Made by a program: the position numbers and the translations under genes. The notes beneath the pieces were generated by a model. That model did no database searches and was not told the DNA's origin. It worked only from the letters and a program-made list of their open reading frames with translations. From assembly GCA_964627935.1 (NCBI GenBank), contig CAZVLB010000001.1:198933-262932 (forward strand): a stretch of DNA of 64,000 nucleotides, in the 5' to 3' direction. This document shows, one piece after another, positions 9,751 through 18,688 of this stretch; the first letter of the stretch is position 1; every line of letters starts with the position of its first letter. This DNA comes from an uncultured Ignavibacteria bacterium. GTDB lineage: Bacteria > Zixibacteria > MSB-5A5 > JAABVY01.

Positions 9751-11055
9751 TTATTCCTGCATGGTTTTCAGGAATGTGTTCAGATTTTCCTCTTTGTTGA
9801 CCAGCCCCAGTTTTTTTCTGATCAATTCACGATGCTTATGAACTGTGGCGGGCGCCAGACGTAATGCCTCGGCGATTTCCTTGGAGGTCAGGCCGCTTTT
9901 GATCATGCGGCAAACCTCCAGCTCGCGTGGAGACAATTTGGTAAATTTATGCTTGAGATTGTTGAGGAAGGGTGAGGCAATTTCCTGCAGGTCCCGTTCG
10001 AGGAGCTCGAACAGCCTTTCCTGTTGCGCGGTAGCGGTTTCTTTAAGTCGTTGCAGATTGGGCAAAATAGTTTCCTCGATATTGGTGGCCATCTGTGTCT
10101 GTATATCGCTTTTCTGCCGTTCAAACTGGTTCAGCATCTCGGCCAAGGCGATATTTTTTTTCTCCAGACGTTCCCGTTCCTGCGATAGTTTCTCGCGCGA
10201 CACCTCCAGTTTCCTTTCCGCTTCATGGCGCTTGGTTATATCGAGCGATATTCCGCCGATTATATCCGGCTGACCATCACGGAAAATCGGAAACTTGTAT
10301 GTATTATGAACCACCTTTTTACCCTGTATGACAGACTCGCTGGTGTATTCTATCATCCGCCCTTCTTTAATTACTTTCTCATCGGACTTTCTGATTTTTT
10401 CCCCGAGTTCCGGCGGCAACAGATCTCGTTCACGCTTGCCGATCACCTTATCAAGTTTCCAGCCATAAGTGATTTCGGCATATTCATTCATAAACAGAAT
10501 TCTGCCTTCACGATCCTTCATAAAGACCGCCGCGGGAAAATATTTCATGAATTTGGAAAATTGTTCTTCACTTTCCTTGAGGCGCCTCTCGGCCAGCTTT
10601 CTCGATCGCCTTTCAACCGAATCCCGCAGTTCTCTTTGAATGGCCGGCACTAGCCTGGTCAGTTTGCTTTTGGTAATAAAATCACTGGCCCCGGCCAGCA
10701 TGGCTTCGACCGCGGCCTCCTCGCTTATCTCATCTGAGATAATAATGAAGGGTATATCCACTTCTTTTTCTTTGAGCTTTTTGAAGGCCTGAATTGCATT
10801 GAAATCCGTAGTAATGTAATCCGCCAGGATCACATCCCAGAGCTCATTGTCAAGCATGCTCGAAAGATCAACTTCGTTTTTGACAACCTTTGTGATTGGA
10901 TTAAATCCGCCGTTTTCAAGTTCCATCTTGAGCCGGGCGACATCTTCATCCGAATCATCGACCATCAAAACTCGCAGATTAACTTTAATACCATTTTTCA
11001 TTTCGCCAACCCCAAATCTATTAAGGCCTTTCAACCAGTTATATTTTATATCCAT
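9751..11055 (-). CDS. response regulator: REC + PAS + coiled coil + LuxR/FixJ-type HTH
   Basis: REC (VLMVDDSDED...DVILADY), PAS (FPAAVFMKDREGRILFMNEYAEITYGW), a long coiled coil, and a C-terminal LSPRELEVCRMIKSGLTSKEIAEALRLAPATVHKHRELIRKKLGL. The start may instead be the ATG at 11001 (MKNGIKVN). It is a paralog of 38076..39311. Confidence 0.85.
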   Translation of the reverse strand: MDIKYNWLKGLNRFGVGEMKNGIKVNLRVLMVDDSDEDVARLKMELENGGFNPITKVVKNEVDLSSMLDNELWDVILADYITTDFNAIQAFKKLKEKEVDIPFIIISDEISEEAAVEAMLAGASDFITKSKLTRLVPAIQRELRDSVERRSRKLAERRLKESEEQFSKFMKYFPAAVFMKDREGRILFMNEYAEITYGWKLDKVIGKRERDLLPPELGEKIRKSDEKVIKEGRMIEYTSESVIQGKKVVHNTYKFPIFRDGQPDIIGGISLDITKRHEAERKLEVSREKLSQERERLEKKNIALAEMLNQFERQKSDIQTQMATNIEETILPNLQRLKETATAQQERLFELLERDLQEIASPFLNNLKHKFTKLSPRELEVCRMIKSGLTSKEIAEALRLAPATVHKHRELIRKKLGLVNKEENLNTFLKTMQE

Positions 11056-11242
11056 TTGAAGCTTGAGGCAAGCAAATTTTAAAAAAATACGTAATATCGC
11101 TACGCAATAGTTATATAATCAACTCGTATTGATTTAACTCTTGCATATCACGAAATTAGAACATGAAAACGCGATTATAATAAGCGGTTTTTACCGCATT
11201 ACAGATAAATGAATTGGGTAACATATTCCGGAGGTTAATTAC

Positions 11243-11503
11243 ATGATTTCATTAAATAAAAATCACGACATAAGTAATTCTGAGGGCATCACAAGGGCCA
11301 GGGAGCCCGATCCGAACAAGGAACCGCCCATGGAGGAACCCAACAGGCCCAAAAAGGATCCGCCGGTCAAGGATCCTCCCGAGCCGAATGAACCACCCAT
11401 GGAGGAACCGCCGGAATCTCCCAAGAGGTCGCCGGACAGGAATCCTCCGCCGGAGCCTAAAGAGCCGCCGGAGGAAGAGCCTCCGGATGCTCCCAGAAAA
11501 TAA
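11243..11503 (+). CDS. small Pro/Glu/Lys-rich low-complexity (probably disordered) protein
   Basis: Strong RBS (GGAGG 9 nt before the ATG). The 86-aa product carries PEP/EPP repeats (KEPPMEEPNRPKKDPPVKDPPEPNEPPMEEPPESPKRSPDRNPPPEPKEPPEEEPP). A 20-nt DNA repeat GAACCRCCCATGGAGGAACC occurs at 11321 and 11390. The mirror ORF on the minus strand has no RBS. Confidence 0.45.
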   Translation: MISLNKNHDISNSEGITRAREPDPNKEPPMEEPNRPKKDPPVKDPPEPNEPPMEEPPESPKRSPDRNPPPEPKEPPEEEPPDAPRK

Positions 11504-11554
11504 CACCGTCAAAATTCATAAATAAGAACAATCGAGAATCAATTCTGAAGGGAG

Positions 11555-11986
11555 TTGAACTTTATGCGTACAGCAGAAGCAATGGCAAAGGAAGTAAGGA
11601 TAACTCATCCCAATGAGAACCTGGATGATATTGCTAAAAAGATGAAACAATATGATGTCGGCGTAATGCCGGTTGTCGAAGAGGACAAGGTTGTCGGCGT
11701 CCTGACCGACCGGGACATAATCATCCGCGCCATCGCCGAGGGCAAAAAGCCCCAGGATGTTAAGGCGCGCGATGCGATGTCGACAAATGTCATCACAATC
11801 AACGAGAATGAAGAAATCAAAAAGGCCGGGCAGTTGATGAAAGAAAATCAGGTTCGTCGCCTGGTTGTTCTGGATGATAATAATAAGTTGACGGGGATGT
11901 TTTCCCTCGGTGATCTGGCAACGGCCCATATCAATGAAAAATATCCGGGCGAGGTCCTGGAAGAGGTCTCCAAACCGGAACAATAA
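11555..11986 (+). CDS. CBS-domain pair protein (Hrp1-like, 143 aa)
   Basis: Two CBS motifs: GVMPVVEEDKVVGVLTDRDIIIRAI and ENQVRRLVVLDDNNKLTGMFSLGDLA. Size and layout match stand-alone CBS-pair stress proteins. Confidence 0.85.
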   Translation: MNFMRTAEAMAKEVRITHPNENLDDIAKKMKQYDVGVMPVVEEDKVVGVLTDRDIIIRAIAEGKKPQDVKARDAMSTNVITINENEEIKKAGQLMKENQVRRLVVLDDNNKLTGMFSLGDLATAHINEKYPGEVLEEVSKPEQ

Positions 11987-11998
11987 AAACTGAAATGT

Positions 11999-12037
11999 AT
12001 GCGGTGCGGCTATGCCGTGCCGCATATCTGATTTTTT
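11999..12037 (+). terminator. intrinsic terminator / attenuator-like hairpin directly abutting the next start codon
   Basis: 12-bp stem AUGCGGUGCGGC / GCCGUGCCGCAU (two G-U pairs), loop UAU, then AUCUGAUUUUUU. The next ATG (12041) follows 3 nt after the T-run. Confidence 0.6.
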
Positions 12038-12040
12038 ATC

Positions 12041-12664
12041 ATGGTTGACAAAAAACAAAAAGACAGGCTCAAGGAATATCATAAAAAGAGGGACTTCGAT
12101 TTAACTTCTGAACCATTTGGCAAGAACAAGAAATCGAAAAAGGACCAGAATATATTTGTGATTCATAAACATGACGCCTCCAGCATGCATTTCGATTTCC
12201 GTCTTGAGGTCGACGGTGTCCTGAAGTCATGGGCAGTTCCAAAAGGCCCTTCCACCGACCCCAAAGAAAAGAGACTGGCCGTTACCACCGAGGATCATCC
12301 ATTGGAATATGCCGATTTTGAAGGTGTCATTCCCGAGGATGAATATGGCGGGGGTACGGTCATGGTTTGGGATGCCGGTACTTACAAGAACCTCAAGCAG
12401 GAAAATGACGATGACGGCAAATCAATGGATGATGCGCTCAAAAACGGTGAGGCCTCTGTCTGGCTGGATGGCAATAAAATAAAGGGCGCTTATGCCCTGG
12501 TACGTATGAGCAACCAAAAAAAGAACTGGCTTCTGATAAAAAAAGATGATGACGAAGCTGATGCCCGTCGCAATCCTGTCAGCACTGAAAATAAATCGGT
12601 ACTGACCGGGCGCACCATGAAGGAGATCGAAAAGGAGGGCAAGAAGGAAGATAAGAAGTCATGA
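12041..12664 (+). CDS. stand-alone LigD 3'-phosphoesterase (PE) domain protein
   Basis: KEYHKKRDFDLTSEPFG ... FVIHKHDASSMHFDFRLEVDGVLKSWAVPKGPS is the canonical LigD-PE signature. Confidence 0.9.
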   Translation: MVDKKQKDRLKEYHKKRDFDLTSEPFGKNKKSKKDQNIFVIHKHDASSMHFDFRLEVDGVLKSWAVPKGPSTDPKEKRLAVTTEDHPLEYADFEGVIPEDEYGGGTVMVWDAGTYKNLKQENDDDGKSMDDALKNGEASVWLDGNKIKGAYALVRMSNQKKNWLLIKKDDDEADARRNPVSTENKSVLTGRTMKEIEKEGKKEDKKS

Positions 12665-13650
12665 GTGAGATAAAAAGTATTCTGGATTCAGAACAAAAGA
12701 AGAGGGTCAAAGATACCAGGCAACCGGAATGGACAGCTCCGATGCTGGCCACGCTCACCCATGACCATTTTTCCAACGAAAACTGGATATATGAACGCAA
12801 ATTCGATGGTCAACGTGTTCTCTGCTTCAAAAAGGGCAAATCGATAGAGCTTAAATCCAGAAATAAGAGAAATTTGAATGATACCTATCCGGAAATAGTG
12901 GAAGCGATCAAAAAGCAAAAGGGGCTCAGCTTTATTATTGATGGAGAGGTGGTTGCCTTTAAAGGTAATGTCACCAGTTTTTCAAGATTACAGTTGCGCA
13001 TGCATTCCGACCTGAAGGAAGAGGGTGGGGATTTTGCCGTTTACTACTATGTCTTCGATATACTTCATCTGGATGGCAAAGATTTGACCAAGATCTCTCT
13101 TCGTGAGCGCAAGAAAATACTTCGCAAAAATCTGAAATTCGATAATCATCTGCGATTCACCGCGCACAGAAATAAAGAGGGCGAGAAATATCATGAAGAG
13201 GCCTGCAAAAAGGGCTGGGAAGGGCTGATTGCCAAGGATGCCGGCAGCAATTATGTACACAGCAGATCCAAAAAATGGCTCAAGTTCAAATGCGTTAATC
13301 AGCAGGAATTTGTGATCGGCGGGTACACCGACCCTCAAGGCCAGAGAATCGGATTCGGCGCACTTATGATCGGTTACTACGATAACGGTGACCTGAAATA
13401 TGCCGGCAAAGTCGGCACAGGCTACGATGACGATACCCTGGAGTGGCTGAAAGATAAATTTGATAAGCTTGAACGCAAAAGATCCCCCTTCGATGATGAG
13501 GTGAATGAAAAAAATGCCAACTGGGTTAAACCGAAACTGGTGGCTGAAATCGGCTTCACAGAATGGACCGGGGATCACAAACTGCGCCATCCGCGCTACC
13601 TCGGCCTGCGTGAAGATAAAAAAGCCTCACAGGTGAAAAAGGAGGCTTGA
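12661..13650 (+). CDS. ATP-dependent DNA ligase (LigD ligase-domain type)
   Basis: ATGA overlap with the PE gene. Adenylation motif I is YERKFDGQR, with further motifs FIIDGEVVAF, EGLIAKD and WLKFK, and an OB-fold C-terminal part. Confidence 0.9.
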   Translation: MSEIKSILDSEQKKRVKDTRQPEWTAPMLATLTHDHFSNENWIYERKFDGQRVLCFKKGKSIELKSRNKRNLNDTYPEIVEAIKKQKGLSFIIDGEVVAFKGNVTSFSRLQLRMHSDLKEEGGDFAVYYYVFDILHLDGKDLTKISLRERKKILRKNLKFDNHLRFTAHRNKEGEKYHEEACKKGWEGLIAKDAGSNYVHSRSKKWLKFKCVNQQEFVIGGYTDPQGQRIGFGALMIGYYDNGDLKYAGKVGTGYDDDTLEWLKDKFDKLERKRSPFDDEVNEKNANWVKPKLVAEIGFTEWTGDHKLRHPRYLGLREDKKASQVKKEA

Positions 13651-13655
13651 GAACA

Positions 13656-14579
13656 ATGACCGAGGTTAAAGCAGGCAACACAGTAATTGATGTCGGAAAC
13701 TGGGATAAAGTTTTTTTTCCGGATGAAGGTTATACCAAGGGCGATCTGGTGGAATACTATCATAAGGTGGCCGATACAATGCTGCCGCATATCAAGAATC
13801 GAGCCATCAGCATGCATCGATTTCCCGATGGCATCGAGGGCGAGTCTTTCTTCCAGAAAAATGCTCCCAAAGGTACCCCCGACTGGGTTCAAACAGCAGA
13901 AATCGGCAAAAAAGAAGGCGGCAAAACAAATCATGTGGTCTGCAATGATACCCGGACACTCATATACCTGGCAAATTACGGCTGCATTACTCCGCATATC
14001 TGGCTCAGCAAAATTGACAGCATAAATAATCCGGATCGTCTAGTATTCGACCTCGATCCGCCTGGAGACGATTTCTCACCCGTCAGGCGTACTGCCAAAC
14101 GACTGAAACAATTTTGCGAAGACGAACTCAACCTGACACCTTTTTTAATGACCACCGGCTCGAAGGGCTTGCATGTTGTTCTGCCCCTGGATGGCAAGGA
14201 TGATTTCGACCATGTGCGCGAATTTGCACAGGATGTTGCAGAATATATGGCCGGAACATACAGCGAGGAAATCACCACGGCTGTGCGCAAGAAAAAACGG
14301 GGCGGCAAGCTGTTTATGGATACTGCCCGCAATGCCTACGCGCAGACCGGAGTCGCTCCATATTCGGTGCGTGCTCTTCCGGGTGCGCCGGTAGCCACAC
14401 CGCTGGAATGGGATGAGTTGTCCGACTCCGACCTGAATGCCCGCAAATACAATATAAAGAATTTATTCCGACGTCTGGGACGCAAGGATGATCCCTGGCG
14501 CGATATAAATCGACACAAATTTTCATGCCGCAAGGCTTCTGATAAACTGGAAAAATTAATGAAAAAGGCTAGCAGCTAA
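13656..14579 (+). CDS. stand-alone LigD polymerase/primase (AEP) domain protein
   Basis: The track starts at TTG 13647. I prefer ATG 13656, which has AAGGAGG 10 nt upstream. Motifs DRLVFDLDP, TGSKGLHVVLPL and TVAPYSVRA are typical of the NHEJ primase-polymerase. Confidence 0.9.
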   Translation: MTEVKAGNTVIDVGNWDKVFFPDEGYTKGDLVEYYHKVADTMLPHIKNRAISMHRFPDGIEGESFFQKNAPKGTPDWVQTAEIGKKEGGKTNHVVCNDTRTLIYLANYGCITPHIWLSKIDSINNPDRLVFDLDPPGDDFSPVRRTAKRLKQFCEDELNLTPFLMTTGSKGLHVVLPLDGKDDFDHVREFAQDVAEYMAGTYSEEITTAVRKKKRGGKLFMDTARNAYAQTGVAPYSVRALPGAPVATPLEWDELSDSDLNARKYNIKNLFRRLGRKDDPWRDINRHKFSCRKASDKLEKLMKKASS

Positions 14580-14618
14580 ACTGATAGCAAAAACAAGTAA
14601 ATAATAAGGAGGATAACC

Positions 14619-16109
14619 ATGTTAAGCGTCAATGCTAAAAGGAAGAAAGGGCTAAAGAAATTTACTTTTGTGCCGGCCATGATTGCGGCAATGCTGATTT
14701 TCGCGATCGGTTCAGTTGCAACTGCACAACCGGCAGGCGAGGATATTAGCGATCATGATATCACGCTGGCCATCGAGATCGAGCTTCTTGAATCCGAAGC
14801 TGTACCGTCGCATCTTATAGATGTGGAGACATCCAATGGAATAGTAACCATGTCCGGTACGGTCTCCAATCTGCTGGCCCGTGACAGAGCGGTTCGACTG
14901 GCCGAAACGATCAAGGGTGTCCGCGCGGTCGTTGATAAAATCGTTGTCACTCCGCTCGAAAGGCCCGACCAGCAGATTAAGACCGATGTGGTCAATGCGC
15001 TTCTGATGGATCCGGCCGCTGATTCCTATGAGCTCGAAACAGAGGTAAACGACGGCATCGTTACACTGAGCGGTGAGGTGCAATCATGGCAGGAAATGCA
15101 GCTTGCCAAAAATGTCACCAAATCGGTCAAGGGTGTGAAGGATGTAATGAGTGAAATTACCATTAGCGATCCGATGAGCCGGGCGGACAATGAAATCGAG
15201 AAAGATATTGCACGACGTCTGGAGGCCGATGTCTGGGTTGATGACAATTTGATCGATGTTAGCGTCAATAATGGCAATGTTGAATTATCCGGAACAGTTG
15301 GCAGTGCGGCTGAAAAGAGATGGGCCACCTATGATGCCTGGGTCAACGGTACCCGCTCGGTGGATACATCCGAACTCGAGATCGAATGGTGGGCCCGTGA
15401 TCAGATGAGACGCAAGAGCGCCTATGAGGCAATCAATGATCAGGACATAAAGGAAAACGTAAAGGATGCTTTCTTTTATGATCCCCGCGTATTTTCATTC
15501 GATATAGATGTGGATGTGCAGGATGGTGTTGTCACACTCTACGGTGAAGTTGACAACCTCAAGGCCAAAAAGGCCGCGGCCGAGGATGCCCGCAATACAT
15601 TGGGCGTGTGGCGTGTCAAGAACTTCATCCGTGTTCGCCCCAATATAATACCGGGTGATCAGGAACTCTCCGATAAGGTGGAGATGGCCCTGCAGCGCGA
15701 TCCCTATATCGATCCATTCGATGTCGAGGTAATGACATCCAATGGCCTGGTATACCTGAATGGCGATGTCAGCAATTCCTTTGAAAAGGAACATGCCGAG
15801 GAAGTCGCCTGGCGTGTAAATGGCGTTGTTGATGTTGTCAATCTCCTTGACTACCAGTATGAATGGACGAACAAGAGTGACTGGGAAATAATGCATGACG
15901 CCAATCAGCAGATGTACTGGAATCCGTTTGTCGATGCGGCTGATGTCAATGTTGAAGTGGACAATGGCGTGGTAACGCTTTCCGGAAATGTTGACACCTG
16001 GCTCGAGAAACTGAATGCTCAGAAAAACGCCTATGAGGCAGGAGCCCGGGATGTGGACAACAACCTGGAGGTTACATACTACAACCCGATGTCATTTCAC
16101 ACCTATTAA
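14619..16109 (+). CDS. secreted protein with six BON domains (OsmY-like)
   Basis: Signal peptide FVPAMIAAMLIFAIGSVATA. Six repeats follow the pattern DGxVTLSGxV...A...GVxxVxNxIxV (e.g. VTMSGTVSN, VTLSGEVQS, VELSGTVGS, VTLYGEVDN, VYLNGDVSN, VTLSGNVDT). Confidence 0.85.
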   Translation: MLSVNAKRKKGLKKFTFVPAMIAAMLIFAIGSVATAQPAGEDISDHDITLAIEIELLESEAVPSHLIDVETSNGIVTMSGTVSNLLARDRAVRLAETIKGVRAVVDKIVVTPLERPDQQIKTDVVNALLMDPAADSYELETEVNDGIVTLSGEVQSWQEMQLAKNVTKSVKGVKDVMSEITISDPMSRADNEIEKDIARRLEADVWVDDNLIDVSVNNGNVELSGTVGSAAEKRWATYDAWVNGTRSVDTSELEIEWWARDQMRRKSAYEAINDQDIKENVKDAFFYDPRVFSFDIDVDVQDGVVTLYGEVDNLKAKKAAAEDARNTLGVWRVKNFIRVRPNIIPGDQELSDKVEMALQRDPYIDPFDVEVMTSNGLVYLNGDVSNSFEKEHAEEVAWRVNGVVDVVNLLDYQYEWTNKSDWEIMHDANQQMYWNPFVDAADVNVEVDNGVVTLSGNVDTWLEKLNAQKNAYEAGARDVDNNLEVTYYNPMSFHTY

Positions 16110-16180
16110 AGTAGTTAATGGCAGAATGAGTGATGCGGGTTTACAGCCCGCATCATGAAATTGATAAGAGGAATGAAATT

Positions 16181-16582
16181 ATGTTCATTGGTGATTTTAT
16201 ACTGGCCTTTCTGATTGCACTGTTGCTCAGCCTGCTTCTGGGGTTCGGATTCGGCTGGGAACGGCCCGGCAGCGCCGGGGTCTGGCCCTCAATATGGTTT
16301 TTGTTCATCATACTGTTTTTGGCAGTTCTGGCTGTCGGAGGCATGGTGCAACCATTTGGACCGCATGTGTGGGGTGTCTACTGGCTTCCATTTCTGCTGG
16401 TCGGCATAATTGTAGCCCTGATAATTGCAGCGGCGGTGCCTCCGCGACGAATTCCACGTTCACGAACCGAGGCTGTGAAGCAGCGAGAACAAATGGCCGA
16501 GGCGAGGGTTGCATTGGGAGCCTTTTTCTGGGTACTTCTGGTACTCCTGATTCTGGCAACCCTGGTGACTTATCTGGCCTGA
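16181..16582 (+). CDS. small integral membrane protein, unknown function
   Basis: ORF 16130..16582. I prefer ATG 16181 (AAGAGGAA RBS). It has four hydrophobic segments and no recognisable family motif. Confidence 0.5.
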   Translation: MFIGDFILAFLIALLLSLLLGFGFGWERPGSAGVWPSIWFLFIILFLAVLAVGGMVQPFGPHVWGVYWLPFLLVGIIVALIIAAAVPPRRIPRSRTEAVKQREQMAEARVALGAFFWVLLVLLILATLVTYLA

Positions 16583-16619
16583 TATAGAATTAAAAAATTG
16601 ACAATTAGGAGTGATATAA

Positions 16620-17387
16620 ATGTTACGAAGTATCAAGGAAATCATCGGTTATGATATTCATGCCGAAGATGGAAAGTTTGGAACAGTCAGCGATTTTTAT
16701 TTTGATGATGAGCACTGGATGGTGCGGTACCTGGTGGTGGACACGGGCAAATGGCTGCCGGGTAGAAAAGTGCTGTTACCGCCGGTTGTGCTCGACAGGC
16801 CGCGCTGGTCGAAAAAAGAACTGCCCGTAAAATTAACCAGGAAAAAAATCGAGAACAGCCCTCCAATTACCATGGATGAGCCGGTATCACGCAGATTCGA
16901 AAAAGAGCTGAACCGCTATTTCCAGCTCGAACCATACTGGGTCGGCGGCGTGATGGCCGGGGCATATTCCTCAAATGCCAATATTGGTGATCAATCAGGT
17001 GCCGCTCATTCTGTAGATACACCCGCTCCCGAGGAGAGCGAGGGCGATATGGATCTGCGCAGCTGTGACGAGGTCATGGGTTATCGAATCGATGCCAATG
17101 ATGGTGAGATGGGTCATGTCGAGGATTTCATTCTCGATGATGAGGTCTGGACCATCAGGCACATGGTCGTCGATACACGCAACTGGCTGCCCGGCAAAAA
17201 GGTGCTTGTGCCGGTGATATGGATCGAAACAATCGACTGGCCGCAAACCAGGCTGTCGGTCGACCTGACCCGTGAAGAAATCAAAAACGGTCCCGAATAC
17301 GATCCGTCAAAACCGGTCAGCCGCGAATATGAGGAAGTACTTTACGACTACCATGGTAAGCCAAAATACTGGAAAGAAGAGCAATAA
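16620..17387 (+). CDS. tandem PRC-barrel domain protein
   Basis: Two repeats of the PRC-barrel pattern: GYDIHAEDGKFGTVSDFYFDDEHWMVRYLVVDTGKWLPGRKVLLP and GYRIDANDGEMGHVEDFILDDEVWTIRHMVVDTRNWLPGKKVLVP. Confidence 0.8.
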   Translation: MLRSIKEIIGYDIHAEDGKFGTVSDFYFDDEHWMVRYLVVDTGKWLPGRKVLLPPVVLDRPRWSKKELPVKLTRKKIENSPPITMDEPVSRRFEKELNRYFQLEPYWVGGVMAGAYSSNANIGDQSGAAHSVDTPAPEESEGDMDLRSCDEVMGYRIDANDGEMGHVEDFILDDEVWTIRHMVVDTRNWLPGKKVLVPVIWIETIDWPQTRLSVDLTREEIKNGPEYDPSKPVSREYEEVLYDYHGKPKYWKEEQ

Positions 17388-17427
17388 TACCCTGGCATAG
17401 CAATCTTGATTATTTCGGAGGACTTTT

Positions 17428-17718
17428 ATGGATGATGAAAGACGCGACTTTTTGGAAAAGCTGGGGGCTCAGGTTGACGTTTGGAAAACACAGGTGTCGC
17501 AGCTCGAAGCGAGAGCCTATGATGCCGGCCAGAAAGATCGTCGCGAGCTTGATAAACAAATAAATGATCTTCAGATAAAAGTGCGGGAATTTGAAGGCCA
17601 GATGGATGATATCAAAAAAGCTAATGAAGAAGCCTGGCAGGATCTGAAGAAAAAACTGGAAAAGGCCTGGAAAGAAATTAATTCTCTCTTCAGCATGACA
17701 ATTGCTCATTTTAGCTAG
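17428..17718 (+). CDS. small coiled-coil protein, unknown function
   Basis: GGAGG RBS. The 96-aa protein is charged with heptad character (QVSQLEARAYDAGQKDRRELDKQINDLQIKVREFEGQMDDIKK). Confidence 0.5.
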   Translation: MDDERRDFLEKLGAQVDVWKTQVSQLEARAYDAGQKDRRELDKQINDLQIKVREFEGQMDDIKKANEEAWQDLKKKLEKAWKEINSLFSMTIAHFS

Positions 17719-17733
17719 AGCCGAGAGGATCTG

Positions 17734-18246
17734 ATGATGAGATTGGTTTTTGGCCTGAATTCGATCTTGATAATACTGGTGCTGCTTCTTTCCGGATCGC
17801 TATTAGCCGCACAGGATCTGGATCGTGAAGACTACAGTCAGGTAGTTCTCAAAAATGCAGTTGGCATACGAGCAGGCATTGCGGCAGATCCCGACCAGGT
17901 GCTTATCGGTGTTCAGGCTGTGGTCGGCAAAGTGACCGGTGCTCTGAAATTCGTACCCGGAGCCGATATCGGCTACGGCGACGATATGATGCTGATGGCG
18001 CTGAATGGAGATTTCCGTTTGCCGCTCATGATATTCTTCGAGCATAAACTGGCCGCCTATGTGGGCGGCGGGCCGACATTGGCCTTTCTCAATCCGGAGG
18101 ATGCCGAAAGTGTGGTCGAGCCCGGCCTGTCGTTGATTGGTGGAATTCTGTTCGATATCGGCAGAGGTACCATATTCGATCTGCAGGCACGTTTCGGAAT
18201 CGGCGATATCGGTGAATTCAAGATGTTTCTTGGAGTAATGTTCTAA
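17734..18246 (+). CDS. small outer-membrane beta-barrel-like protein
   Basis: It has a signal peptide (LVLLLSGSLLAAQD), alternating hydrophobic beta-strand pattern, Gly-rich turns and a C-terminal Phe (FLGVMF). Confidence 0.45.
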   Translation: MMRLVFGLNSILIILVLLLSGSLLAAQDLDREDYSQVVLKNAVGIRAGIAADPDQVLIGVQAVVGKVTGALKFVPGADIGYGDDMMLMALNGDFRLPLMIFFEHKLAAYVGGGPTLAFLNPEDAESVVEPGLSLIGGILFDIGRGTIFDLQARFGIGDIGEFKMFLGVMF

Positions 18247-18283
18247 ATAACTCAATTTAAATCAAACCGTTCGGGAGAAAATT

Positions 18284-18688
18284 GTGTTAACAGAAAACAA
18301 AGTACGCTTTTTGCTGACAGGTATTCTTTTGGCTGCAATGATTTCGTTATCGGCCTGTACTCAGGACAAAACTGAACAGCTGTATGAAAACCTTGAGCAG
18401 GACAAAAAGATGGTCAGAAGCGAAATCCAAAGCGTGATGGAAAAGACAGATTCCAGGCTGAAAGACCTACGTGCCAGAGCTGATACACTCAGCGCCGAGA
18501 AGGCCCGGGATATCCAGGTGCAGATAGACAAGCTTGAGGAGAGCAAAAATGAACTGCGAGAAGAACTGGGACGAATCAGTGAAGCCACCCGGGATTCATG
18601 GGAGGATATAAAACGTAATGCCAGAGAGACAGCTCTCGAAATTGAACGGGAATTTTCTGAAGAGGACGCAGTAGATTATGAGCGATGA
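18284..18688 (+). CDS. coiled-coil lipoprotein, unknown function
   Basis: GTG start and the lipobox MISLSAC, followed by charged coiled-coil sequence. Confidence 0.5.
   Translation: MLTENKVRFLLTGILLAAMISLSACTQDKTEQLYENLEQDKKMVRSEIQSVMEKTDSRLKDLRARADTLSAEKARDIQVQIDKLEESKNELREELGRISEATRDSWEDIKRNARETALEIEREFSEEDAVDYER

Noticed and set aside
11252-11512. Minus-strand 86-aa Arg-rich ORF mirroring the Pro/Glu-rich ORF.
   Set aside because: It is open only because CCN/GAR codons are also open in reverse complement. It has no RBS, whereas the plus-strand ORF has GGAGG at optimal spacing.
16132-16154. Hairpins GATGCGGG-N7-CCCGCATC (16132-16154) and CACGGGTGG-N5-CCGCCCGTG (62133-62155) as intrinsic terminators.
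   Set aside because: Neither is followed by a U-tract. They may affect RNA stability or be coincidental, and there is not enough support to annotate them.
17393-17409. Sigma-54-like TGGCA strings at 17393 (TGGCATAGCAATCTTGA), 39391 (TGGCAACTAATTCAT) and 57753 (AGGCACCATTGCG / TTTGCA).
   Set aside because: The -12 GC is missing or the GG-to-GC spacing is wrong (N7, N15, or TTGA/TTCA instead of TTGC). They are not credible -24/-12 promoters.
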